Source: Stylophora pistillata (lineage: Eukaryota). Taken from it: DNA of 64,000 bases. A program made the translations under genes and the position numbers. The stretch's first letter is position 1; every line of letters starts with the position of its first letter. The DNA lies in NCBI RefSeq assembly GCF_002571385.2, contig NW_019217787.1:1839896-1903895 (forward strand), given 5' to 3'. Shown here piece by piece: positions 12,054 through 24,260 of this stretch. Below the pieces are notes generated by a model that made no database searches, was not told the origin of the DNA, and saw only the letters and a list, made by a program, of their open reading frames with translations.

Positions 12054-15000
12054 AGAACTGAGCAAACTCACCATGCAGATATATATATTTATAGCTCGTT
12101 CGTAGCACACGGTTAGCGTGTAATAAAATAAATGGACAACATGTATAAAGATTAAATATTTTATCAAATCGTTATATTTTTATAATCGCAGTTCATAGGT
12201 GTTACACATCTTCTGCGAGGGAAGAGAGGCGATTCAGTCGTTTGGGAATGATTAAGAAAAACCAACGAAGATTATTGCATGGTGCAAAAATTTTCAGCGA
12301 CTCGTTCAGCTTTTGAACATAATACACTCTACAGAAAACATTTGTAATCTTGTGTCTAACATGATAATGTATTGGCACCAAACTAAACGTTATAATACTA
12401 TATGTAGAAACGAAATGTCTGGAGGGTAGAAAGAAAATGTTTCCAATAAATTTGTCATGTGGTTTTGATAATAGCTCATGTAGTCGTTCTATGAATGTGT
12501 GAATCAGTCATGGCGAAATTAATTGATTTTCTTCAATTATTCCTTTAATTTTAGTCGAATTTTATTGTGAAATTATTAGGATAAACCTACTCCTCAGAAA
12601 TGCGGGAAAGAGGCGGCGACGGGTTCGTTCCGCTCATTCGCGTGATCGCTCTCTTGGCGCTTCGCCAACAAATCCTACTGCTTCGCCAGCACGTGCCGAA
12701 AGAATCGTGTTGGAGGTGAAAGTTGAAAATGCGATGTGAAATTACTTGTTGGTGCAAGAACATCGAAATTCTCAATATAAAGAGCACTGTAGGAGAATAA
12801 TTTTCGCTAGGTTTCCATTTGCTTCATCTTATTAAACAATAAAAAAAACAAATTGTCGCCGGAGTTGTTTATCTCGAATCCTAACTTTTGTCCTGTGAGG
12901 CCTCTGCCCTTTAACATGTAATACGATAGCTGATTGGCTGCTTTAAATACCTCGCAATATTGTCGTCTGGTTTTCCGTCAATCAATCTTGGTTTGATATG
13001 ACATTTGAATAAATTTTAATGACCCAGACACACTGATAATTTATTCTAGTCATGTCCCAATAACTTTCGGCCTTTTTTTCGGCAATTTGATGAATCTGGG
13101 GACACAAGGTGAATGGATTTGAAGAAAGGTTTAGAAATTTCATCCTTTTAAAGCGAAATTTTTTGCTCTGGAATAAATTTCAATGCGGCGAAAGTCGTAA
13201 ACAACTTTAAGCAGCTTGGATTTGATTGGCTTATGTTGGAGGTGTGTCCCTTCCGCCAAAGAAGCAAAACAAAACACAACAGATGTTTGAATAAAGCCGG
13301 TGTTTAAAATAGCTCCTACGGCTCTTGAAACCAGAGTACCGCGCCGGCTGAAAAAACATGTATCTTAACAGAAGGATAGAGAAAATTCCCTGGTTTTATG
13401 AGTAAATTTTCGGTTTTACTTGTTGTCTCTTTTACAATATTTAATAGACTTCGCACTGTTTTTCAACAGTAATGCTAAAACAGGCCCCAAAGAGTGTTAA
13501 TTATAAGATGTCATGTGACGTTCACGGGATTGATATTAGAACACAAATTCTATCCCTTGTGAAGTGCCTCCTAGCAACTTTTCAGTTGTTGTTCTTTGTG
13601 TCTGTTATCAATTTTTTAGACAGAGGAAGATAAAAAGCTTTAGACATGGTTTTGTCGGCATCTCACTTGGTACGAAAAGATCTATTCATATAATGTATTT
13701 TTTCAGCCTTAAAATCGAGAACTTGATTGAGATGTATTTTTCATTGATAGCTATTTTGACTGGAAAAGGGTCTTATGGTCAGTGTCGTACATCACATGTC
13801 ACTGATGCGAATGACATTTAGGTTTTATTTTTCGAGCTAATTTTGTTCATTTCTATGTAGTTTTGAGCAAGAAAGAGGTAACAAATATGAGCACCAAACA
13901 GTAAACGGAATAGACACTAAAACATAAACAGGCTCAAGTGGCAAAAAGCGCGAGACTGAACACTAAATTTTCGATGAAAAGTAAGTAGGTGAAATGAAAG
14001 TTGAGGAAGGAAAGCAATCAATAAAGGCTATGGTTTTGAATCTATGTTTAAGTGATCCGATGACATGCTAAGGTGCCCACTTTATGAAATCAAGGATCTA
14101 AATTGGTCGATTGTGTAAAATTTACACGTGCTTAAGATGATGTTCATATGATTTGTCTTGGTAGTTGATGTTCCTGTTTATGCACAGTTATCTGCTAAAA
14201 CTAGCACGATGCTGTTTCCAATCTTGGGGCCTTCGATAGAATTCTGGCAGATTTTCACTGCTTCTGTCAAGACAAAAGGTGTTTTTCTCAGTGGAGTCAA
14301 TTTTGTCTGAGTTTCTTTTGTATTTGTTAAAATCGCATAATTATGTAGAGTACCCTAGATGTGGCACAAGTCACGTACTCTCGGCACGTACATAGGAACA
14401 CCAGCGAAAAACTGTAATAAAAAGTTTCCCAGCTCTCACCTCGATTAAAGAACAAACGCACTAAATCAAGTCAGGAATTCTCAGAACACTGGAAAATAAG
14501 TATGTCACCATGCATTTTGATTGCTTGGAAATTGATAAAAACTAATCCGTGACAAAGTGCGGGCGCCGGCCGGCTTTTTAACCGCAGACAGTCACATGTG
14601 AGTGAGGGTGTGAAACTCGTGCGCGTGCTCCCATGGCCTATACCTATGCATGCATTCATCAGCTTGATTTTTGTCTTAAAAAAAAACTTTCCGCCGTTAA
14701 AAGTCTTACCTTCTTAAAACCATCAAAGGAGATGAATTAAGAATTTCCAATTCCATGAAAGAAACATCTTTATTAGAAAGGTCTTTTTTTTAGTTGAAAA
14801 TTTTATTGTACTGAAAAAGTAGTCCTAAATAGCCTGAGATGCGCACAGACTGAAAGATCCGAAAGAGAAATTGAAATTAATGATTCCCGAGCTCGCTGAA
14901 GTCTATTCTGAATTTCCATCATATGGACGATCTTTCATGATTTTCCTATTCTTTCTCAAGAATAAGTTTCTAAAAGGAATTTAACTATCTACACTTCAAT

Positions 15001-18000
15001 GATCTTCACAGACAAAGGCCTGAAAATTTTTTTGGAGAGAAAAATTAAAAAAAACAAAACAAAAACAAAAAACAGAAAAAAAAAAAAAAAGGAAAAAAAT
15101 TACCCATACGGGCGGGCGAAAAAAAACTGTTCTTATCTTGTGTCGAGTTTTCAGTCTCAGTTTTACCAGCAAAACAAAAAATCAAATCAAATCAATCAAA
15201 AATATGGCTGCACTAACTATGCTGCAATGGAGAACACAACTAACTTGCTGTAACCGCGGGCCCGGGGGTTTCGCGGAAAACCGCAGCTCATACACAACGC
15301 AATAAGACTCCTTGAAAACAGTGATTATTATTTATGGGTACATGTTGTTCTTTCTAAATCGCTCTTGAAGCTAAATAAGCGAGCTTTTGAAAAACTCTAA
15401 GAATACATTCAACTCCAGGATTGGAATCACGCAACTGACAGGAAATGCGTTTGAATAAGCGCTTGTCAACAACATCATTGTGTAGCCGATCAACATGAAT
15501 GAATGAGGGCCGTAATTAAAATTTCACATGAAAAGAAAAAAAAAAAAAGTCATAAACAGGAGGTGTGGCACGCGTTGTTGTCTGTCTGACTAGCTCAAAA
15601 AACATGACGAACTTCAACATGTCTCGCTGGATGCAACAGTATTCTCATGATTACTGTTCCTTGCTTTGGCCTGTTGCCTAAGAGCCTGTTCGCAGTACGC
15701 GAAATTTTGTTTGTTTTTGCAAAAAAATAAGTCAACGGGAAACCATTTTCAGTGCGAACGATTTTTTTGACTCACCAAAATTTTCGCAAGAGCCACCAAA
15801 CTTCAAAGATGCCGTCAACTACTTTTGGAGGCCTAATTTTTTGTCGGGCGAGAAAATCTATTGTCCCTTGACAGATACCCTTCAACTGGTCATCATATTT
15901 CGTCGCGTTAGTAAGTTGTCGAATGACTCTCTCCCCATTCTCAAATGTCTACGGAAAAAGGCTTCAGGAAGTTACGATCTTAAAGCAGGATTCTACAGGT
16001 CGACGGCGGCGTCGACGTTTGTTTGAGCAACTGAATTAAAGTCTCCATGATTGGTAGAAGCCGAATCCTTCCCAACAAAACCAAAAGTAACTGTTGACTA
16101 GCCACAATCAGGTTTTCAGTGCATGGCAAGCAAACAGCAAAGAAGGGCGATTAAAACATTTCGCGGGGGCATTTTGCTTTGCGATCAGTCCTTGACCAGA
16201 AACGACATAAAAGAAAACGTACTGTCACGAAATCTCGGTATCTTTTTCGATTGCTTGAGATTTGTGGTTACCCAAATAATTCGCACGTCTCAAGCGAACG
16301 CTATTACAAAAACAGAAAACTCGTCGTTGTTACAAAATTTTCAATTTTTTTACAAATACCAAACCAAATTTTTCGGTGTAGCGAGAACAGCATTTGAGGA
16401 AGGAATATTGTCGTCTGATCTTAAAAAGGCGTGTGACTGCTTGTTGTTTAAAATGTACAATAATGACAGAAGGAAACAAAGCTCGATCTTGCTTCATTTT
16501 CAGCATGTCATCAAAATGTCAACAGGAATTGTAGTGCCCACACACCCAGGTTTTGCCTGTGCCAAAGAATTCCTAGGGTCGAGATGTTGCAGATAAGCAC
16601 ACTTCTCGCCTTCCGCTACATAACATACACAGAGATTTTGGGCCTAATAATAATATTAATATAATCAGGAACTAAGATTGCAAAATCTACGGTTTTTTGT
16701 TGAGTCCTTGTTGTAACGTGAACACCCAACCTCATCACTTTCCCCTTCTTCTTTAAATGATCGTCCCAAATAATGCTCAAGAGATTGTAAAGATTGTTTA
16801 AAAACAAGGTCAAATGATCACCGACTACTGGGTCTTACAAGGATGACAATGACATCCTCCGGATAGAATTAAATTGATTTTTTCGCTGGAAAAATGAAAA
16901 GCTGGGCTGGTCAGGATCATCCAGGTGATCATTTAGTAAAAGGAGGAGGCCATGGAATTTTAGCATATATTTTTATTATTCATTTAGACTGTAAACCTTA
17001 ATTAGAAAAAATCCTCCAGTAAGAGACATGGTTAAAGTTATTACAAATTCATTGATAAAAATATATTTTTAAAAAAGATATACAGAGCAAAGATATATTC
17101 AACATAGCTCTTTAGGAAAAAGAAAATTAAAAATACTAAGTGTCTACTCTTTATATTTGGTTTGTCTCTAGTCTCCAGATTGATGGCTGAAGAGCTATTG
17201 ATCTAAAGAGCTGCACCTGATTGTTTCAAAGAATAAAATGATTTTTTTGTTTTATCTGTCATTCTAGGTTTTCTTTTTTTCAAAAAATAGTACTGTGAGT
17301 CCTTGTCCCATTTTGGTGCAGCTACTTGTTCAGTCCGGAGCTAGAAAGATCGAGCAAATACTTTGCTGTGATTAGCCCCTACACAAGTTGTCCGTTTGGG
17401 TTTTGCAATCGATTTGCTTCCACGAAAGCAAATTCCTATGGTAACAGTCATAGATTCCTTCTGGTCTAACAAATTGTTCTTAAGATGCCAGAATGTGGGT
17501 CATTGGCGTCCTCTTGGGCCAAAAAAATTAACGAGCACGATCGATGACGAGTATCATGCAAATATTTCTTTCCGAAAATGATCTTTAAAATCTTTCACTC
17601 AAACTTGACATAGTTTCTCTAGCTCCATTATTTCTCCTCGTTCATTTCCTGCTGTTACATAAGAAATATACTCGTTCCGCAATAACTTCCGGATCTCATA
17701 AAACCACAAATTTAAATAATCCAGGTCACGTACGTGAAGAAAGTTAAGAATAAACGCTTGTTGGTATGTGCGGACCTCAGACCTGATGGACAACAGCTCA
17801 AGATGATGACCAGCACGTCTCTTTGATCACTTAGAGTGAAACACGCAGGAAAACGTGCAAACTTTCATGAACCTTGGAAATACCTGACAAGCATTCTATA
17901 GTGTGGAGTAACCAGTACTTAAACACCTAGTTTTAGAAGTTCTAAGCCATGAGTTGGTAAGCACCGTAGGTCCTGTAGCTAGTCAGTGGCCTGTGTTAGC

Positions 18001-18569
18001 GTGTGCGTTTGAGGAAGTTTCCACATATTTTGATTCATAACGAACCATCATTTTGAATTCCAACTAGGACATCAGATGCTCCTTCTAGATTTCTCTCAAA
18101 TATAAGCTAAGCTGAAAAAGCTGGTTGCTAAGGGGAAAGTTACAAGAAGAAAACTTTACGTGTTCAGGTTTTAATTCTTCATGATGTGACTAAAAAAAAA
18201 AAAAAACAGGATTTTTGCACGGTAGAAACTTTGAACCTGATGAAGATTGGTTGGTGCTTCCTTGATTGAAGTAAGATGTTAAACATGAATTTAGACACGA
18301 AATTTAGACATGAATTTAAACACGAATTTTTTCACCAAAGAAACGTGCCTACTTTCCTGATTATTTTAACCAGTTCCTGATTAATTAATGTGCTCAGTAG
18401 AAATAACAAATCTTAATAGTTAAGTTTAAAGCAAGTGTGGTTTAGCTTTGACACGTACACTATGTTCACCAAAGAAACGTGCCGAACTCAGTGATCTCTG
18501 TATTATCAACAAATTCGTTTGACAAATATGTTTGACAAACTTAATAGCGTGCCTGGCGCCATGATTCTC

Positions 18570-18690
18570 CGTTCTGTAGCTTCCTGACTGACCATTGTCT
18601 TTTATAAAAAGAGATCCGTGTAACAAAATCGTATGACCATCATCTGTGATAGGTTCGCCTAAGGTGGTACCACTGCTTAATGGCACGTAG
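18570..18690 (-). pseudogene. Possible decayed immunoglobulin (I-set) domain exon fragment
   Basis: With one frameshift the minus strand reads ..KQWYHL/GEPITDDGHTILLHGSLFIKDNGQSGSYR, resembling the Ig pattern W-Y-x-x-G-x-P-I...G-S-L-x-I...SGxY. The second Cys is absent and no flanking exons were found. Confidence 0.3.
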
Positions 18691-19628
18691 AGTTGGAGAA
18701 GAACAAAAAAAGGAAAAGAAAAAAGAACTGGGGGAGAATTAAATAAGTGGTTTTCCGAAGATATCACATGTTCAGTGCAAAGTAGACTGAACATGTTGTG
18801 TCAGCTGAAAACCTTATTCTCGTTCCTGCGTGTTGACCCCTTTGGGTGTGGCATGCGAATTTTCCAAGCCTCACTCCTCTTCACCTGCACCTCCTGCTAC
18901 GGTGACTGTGTGCATGAATGGATCTACAACGGAAGTAACCTTTGTGTCCTTACCAAGTGCTCAGTTGTTAACATACGCCAATCACAAGCCGAGTTTGGAC
19001 GATTTATTACTGAACAAGTCTGAACAGTGCCCTGTTCGTGATTCCCTTGTCGTTGTTAAAAACATCAAATAGCCACCACCCTATATAATTTTCGTCTTTA
19101 TATTTAAAGGCACAGTTCCAGCGGCGGACCATCTGGCAACGTTGCGCATGTGTACTGTCAAAATCACACACAGTCACATCAGTATTCTCCATACTGTTCT
19201 CAATTCATTTTCTATGATATTGACCTGGAGAAATTGTTTAACAATCAAGAGCCTCTTGAAAGGATGATAATTTTCTGTGTTCTCACAGCCTTAGTGATTG
19301 ATTCAGTAGTGATAATGTGACGTAGAAAGAAAATAGATACCAGTCACTCTTAGGGATTAATTAAATTAATAGTTACTTGTATCTGATTGTGCGCGGAAAT
19401 CGTAAAGAAAAGTATAAGGTAACCCGCATCATCATCTAATTATTCTTCTGTCATAATTTTTTACAGCTCCTTCTCTGCAAGAGGAAGGATAAAGCTGGAA
19501 AAGCACAAATAGTACTGGATCCATGCGGGGCAAACCTCTAGAAAGTGTAATCAACAGACCCACCAACATGCGTGTTGATGCACTGCATCGTACTGACATG
19601 ATGTTCGATTACGACTCGTCGTTGACTA

Positions 19629-20030
19629 GCAGCTTGGAAAAGGAAGTTCAATTGCCTGTGCCACTTCAGTTAAGTGCAAACAGTTCACTCTGATAACTGC
19701 TAAGGACGTTAAGTCTAAGGATGATCGAGATAGCGCACTGATCAGGGATACCCTGTGCAAATGCAGACGAAGGTGGATTTTTTGGTCAAACACCATCTCC
19801 AACGGCCAAGTGTTCTTTCAATGTGTGTATGGGAACCATCCTCCTCATGTCTGGATCAGACTTGTCCAGTGGAAAGAACTGAACAACATCACGTGTGTGG
19901 CACTCCATTGAACACCTGAAGGGGGGAGGAAGAGAGCTGGAGAGGCACCAACACCAAGCTGGCCCAGAACAATCAGGAGTGGAAGACCTCCGTTGCCGCC
20001 CGAAATGCCAGCTGGCATAGGGATAACTAA
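19629..20030 (+). mobile_element. Decayed 3' fragment of an RTE-clade LINE
   Basis: Reads ...CKCRRRWIFWSNTISNGQVF...KELNNITCVALH*TPEG... and ends KLAQNNQEWKTSVAARNASWHRDN*. This matches the RTE ORF C-terminus pattern (RIFWPNTISN; TALHWTPEG; LAQNR..W...VAAL.ASWH), with stops, frameshifts and internal deletions. Confidence 0.65.
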
Positions 20031-20285
20031 CGCAGAGTTATTTTCAAACTAGTGCAGCGTCCTTGGCCGAATTTTGGGCATATTCGAACACAGTTTACAG
20101 AAAATGGTTACTCTTTGGAATCCCAAAACGCAGTGAATAGTTAATTAGACTATGATACTTTTTGATACAATGAAATATATGAAGTTCATATATTTTGAAC
20201 TGCGGTATTAGATACGTATGATGCACGATCCTCGCAGTAGATAGCGCTATTTAAGCAATAGCGAAAATCAGACCTGAAAAAAATC

Positions 20286-20358
20286 AGGCCTGTACGGGAC
20301 TCGAACCACTGACCTCTGCGATACTAGTGCAGCGCTCTACCAATTGAGCTAACAAGCC
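20286..20358 (-). pseudogene. tRNA-like sequence (AGT at the anticodon position, Thr-like), copy 1 inside the repeat
   Basis: Reverse complement: GGCTTGT-TA-GCTCAATTGGTAGAGC-G-CTGCACTAGTATCGCAG-AGGTC-AGTGGTTCGAGTCCCGT-ACAGGCC-T. A and B boxes are intact; the T-stem has two mismatches. Confidence 0.7.
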
Positions 20359-20536
20359 AACTGGGAGCAGGCCGTTAAGTTGATTCGTAATAAACCCGTG
20401 AAAGTGATAAATCAGATACAATGAAATATATGAAGTTCATATATTTTGAACTGCGGTATTAGATACGTATGATGCACGATCCTCGCAGTAGATAGCGCTA
20501 TTTAAGCAATAGCGAAAATCAGACCTGAAAAAAATC

Positions 20537-20609
20537 AGGCCTGTACGGGACTCGAACCACTGACCTCTGCGATACTAGTGCAGCGCTCTACCAATTGAGC
20601 TAACAAGCC
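20537..20609 (-). pseudogene. tRNA-like sequence, copy 2 inside the repeat
   Basis: Same sequence as copy 1, offset by 251 bp. Confidence 0.7.
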
Positions 20610-20778
20610 AACTGGGAGCAGGCCGTTAAGTTGATTCGTAATAAACCCGTGAAAGTGATAAATCGTGCATCATACGTATCTAATACCGCAGTTTAAAATA
20701 TATGAACTTCATATATTTCATTGTATCTGATTTATCACTTTCACGGGTTTATTACGAATCAACGGCCTGCTCCCAGTT

Positions 20779-20851
20779 GGCTTGTTAGCTCAATTGGTAG
20801 AGCGCTGCACTAGTATCGCAGAGGTCAGTGGTTCGAGTCCCGTACAGGCCT
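20779..20851 (+). pseudogene. tRNA-like sequence, copy 3 (inverted), followed by a T7 Pol III terminator-like run
   Basis: ggcttgttagctcaattggtagagcgctgcactagtatcgcagaggtcagtggttcgagtcccgtacaggcct followed by gattttttt. Confidence 0.7.
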
Positions 20852-23800
20852 GATTTTTTTCAGGTCTGATTTTCGCTATTGCTTAAATAGCGCTATCTAC
20901 TGCGAGGATCGTGCATCATACGTATACTTTTTGATGGCAGAGATAAAATGTCATGGTCTCTAGAACATGCTTTTCCTCTGCGCTAGCAGACTGTTTTTGA
21001 TACTTGAAATCAGGAATCATTGTTTGTTTTATCGAGTTGTTAGTTCTGAAGTGGAGTGCAACTTTTTGACTGCTTTCAATTAAATTTTTCTTGAGGTGAT
21101 GAGGTCACTTGGATACGCTTTACCTTACAATGCACGATGCCTCGCTGTGATTGGATGCTTTTCCACTTCGGTGCAGGATTATGCACGGAATACACCGAGG
21201 CGCGGTTTTGCCAATGTCAAAGCTTTGTCCGAAAATCTTGGCCCCTTCCAACATCAAAAGGGCGTTCGATCTGTTTTAAGTCGGAGAATACCCAATGATG
21301 AGACGTAACGCGGCCAAAAGATGTTCTTAAACTCATCCCAAAACACCCTTACCTCATCCTCTTAAGAGGGCGTGGTTTTCAGGATTCCCTGAAAACAAGG
21401 AGAGTTTACTTCAGCAAGAATGGAAGGCGTACGCAAGTCGGAAGCAACGAACACAACAGAGACATTTTGACCTGGCTTTAGGACTCTAGCCTGCTGTGTC
21501 TTTGTCAAAAGAGAAAATTAGCATCTAGTAAGAATTTTCTCTATATGTGTTTTTTTTTTTAACTTATTTAAGTGTTCGTGGAAATGAATGGAAATAATAT
21601 ATTACTATAAGCCATTCAGTTAAATTTTTTGTCGATCTTACTCTACAAGTAGAATTTTTGTCACCTTATTTTTATTGTGATCGTGAATTTGGCATGGAGA
21701 CAGATGTTTTTACATCAGCTATAATTTGTAATCGAATGCTAGAATATTTCCATTGTCTTGCGAAAAGCTGTCCCAATTACGTTTACTTGATCGATAAATA
21801 AAGAAATGACTTGCCTTATAAAAATTGATCCCCTACAGGAATTTTCTGGAAATCATCCTTTTTATATTTTTAACCGCTTTATTTTTCTCGTTTTTGGGTC
21901 AACTCCATGACGGATTCCCAATCAAGAATATATTTCTCAAATTTTGATTTAGCACGTTCAACACCTTTTCTTTTAAGGTGACTTTAAGGCTCTGTTTTCT
22001 GCACTGAACTTTTAGTTGGATAACTTGTTCAGGGAAAGCGTAACTCTCTTGGGGGCGTCGCCCTTTCTTCTCCAAAGTCTCTCTTTATATTAGGTACCAG
22101 AGGTATTCCATAATTTTCATAATGTCAATCTTGTTTTCGTTTTGCCCGACCTTAGCCGCAAAAGTAAGAAATTTCGCGAAAAAAAATGATTTTCTAAGGA
22201 GCAAATATCTTGAAGGTACATACTTAGTATGCGGGGTCTGTTCGCTAGCTACCGGTAAGTGAGAAATGATGACGATGCATGAGGATTGCAGCTTAGTAAA
22301 ATACCACTCACTGGTGACCACCTGGAACTGTCTCTCGAAAAACCTGCGCCGAGTAAGCTTCAGTCAACAAGGCAATGCTTCAAAGCCAGCAACGAGCAAT
22401 TATTAAGTTTACAAATTCAAAATGACTAAAAAGCGAAACAAACGACATTTCGTGCTTTCTATTCGAGAGTTTGACTCTCTATATTCTTAGTTTTCAGGTG
22501 ATATCATAAAATCTGAACAGACTGATGTCTAATTTTTTAATCTTGGATCGTGTGATATTTCAAATAATTATCATACGGCTTTGAGTAGAAGAAGCTTGGA
22601 CGATCAAATGTTTTGAGGATAATGTTTTCTTGTGGGATCAGATTTCTGCATCATTTTGAGGTCGCAATAGAGTTTGTTAGCGGAGTATGGCGTCTCCATA
22701 CCAAGCCGCAAACATTTTCTTGGACATTTTGGCGAATAATTAATGAGCGGAAACCGCGCACAGGCCTAAGACTTGAGAAAGTTCAGCTATCATTATTTCA
22801 TTATTCAACAAAATGTCAGTTCTAGGCTTAATCATTGAATGATCTTAATTCCGTTTAGTTAAATGAGGTGTGGCAGCGGAGACCGCTATCTCAGTGACCT
22901 TCCCACATGAATGATGACTGCTTATTTTGTTTGTGGAAATAATTTTCGTGTCTTTCCCCGACCAAATCGACCTCAGCTCATACCAGTTTCTCAGTGGAGA
23001 CGAAATATAAAGTGAAGTAAAGTAGTTCGAGTCCTGCCGTTCTCATATAAGCGGTGTTTTCGTTCGCCCGATTTTCGTTCCTCGCCATCGACCGAGAGAC
23101 TGGCGCGAGCTCTGTCAATCAGAGATGATGTAGACGTTCTTTTTTCTCAGCTCGTATAAAGTGGTAAGGAAGGGAAACAATGCCATGCGCCTGCCACCCG
23201 CAACTTTTTTGTGCTAATTAAAACTGACGGGAATGCCTGATCAGCAAGTTATCTTCTTCGACCGATACGCTCTGGAAACCCACACATCAGAAATGTTTCC
23301 AAAATTTCAGCTACAAAAGGTCAAAGAAAAGTTAATAAAATGGAAACTCATTAAATATTTCTGATAACGATATTATCATATCTCTTATCAAACAAAATCC
23401 GCCCAAAGTGGAACCAACAGCCAGCACTTACATACAGCAAAACTTTACAGAGCCTTTATCAACACTATTGTACAATCGCGGTTGTTGATTGAAAGCAAAA
23501 TATGGTGGAGACTCTGCTATATTTAAATTAATCTTTTGAACAGAAGAATGCGTTTGGGGAACGAAAGAGATAATGCTCAGTAAGTAAGAATGTTTCGAAT
23601 AATTCTTTTCAAAAAAATTGGAGTTTTGTCAGCGGGCAACCTCTAATGGGCCAATCACGCAAGCTCAATTTGGGGAAAACTTTGAACCAGTCTATCACGG
23701 CCCGTCAAATCACGTCTTCGTTCGCGCTATTTTGAAACGCCTGTAACGTTGTTTTCCGGTACTTTCAAACACTTAGTGGTCGGCGAGTGAAGTTTATATC

Positions 23801-24260
23801 GTCCAGCAAGTGTTTAAAACTTGCAAATGAAGCAGCTGGCAGTTATCTGATGAGAGACTGCGACAGAATGTGGAATCGCTCGCAACCCTTTTAAACTTCA
23901 ATTTTCCCGACACGTTTTGAGCATTAGCGGATCTTGGATGGCATTTCCTGGATTGTAGATGTAAATCGAGTCTGTTTCAGTCGAAAGGGGAGGTGTTTTG
24001 CCTATCACATTCGTTGGAGTCGTACTTCATGCAAAAAGTTGTCATTGGATCGGTACTTTTCGAGAAAGATTGACGGATACATACAGTAATGCCATTTAAA
24101 GTACGCTCAATGTTACAGAAATATCACGTTTCAGTTCAAGAAATGGGATCGATTACGGCGAACGTTCAATGAATAAGTCGTCAATGAGGTCTCAGATTCT
24201 TTCCACCCGTGTAGAAAGAAAATTTATTCCTTGTGGAAAGAAGGATAACTTCATGCTACA

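Larger units (their letters stand above)
20155..20935. mobile_element. Young tRNA-derived composite insertion: two tandem 251-bp units plus one inverted permuted unit, with a 12-bp TSD
   Basis: Unit 1 (20164-20414) and unit 2 (20415-20664) look identical by eye. 20662-20925 is the reverse complement running across the unit junction, with one substitution and one 5-nt deletion. atactttttgat is duplicated at 20155-20166 and 20924-20935. Confidence 0.9.

Noticed and set aside
16123-16596. 157-aa ATG-initiated ORF
   Set aside because: No recognisable domain, splice partners or coding-like composition; probably chance, though RNA-seq would be needed to exclude it.
19735-19905. Minus-strand RDVVQFFPLD...GIPDQ resembling a copine C-terminus
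   Set aside because: The plus strand of the same bases matches several ordered RTE LINE C-terminal motifs much better; the copine likeness is short and interrupted.
20286-20851. Cluster of three functional tRNA-Thr genes
   Set aside because: T-stem and anticodon-stem mismatches, and all copies are embedded in a TSD-flanked repeat; treated as tRNA-like.
21360-22500. Scattered splice-like signals (gtaaga ~21529, gtaagt ~22255, ttttcag ~22491) hinting at a non-coding or UTR transcript
   Set aside because: Signals of this kind arise by chance; there is no ORF or other support without transcript data.
23847-23885. ctgatgag suggesting a hammerhead ribozyme core (also ctgatgaa on the minus strand near 42406-42413)
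   Set aside because: No stem II followed by GAAA and no matching stems I/III.
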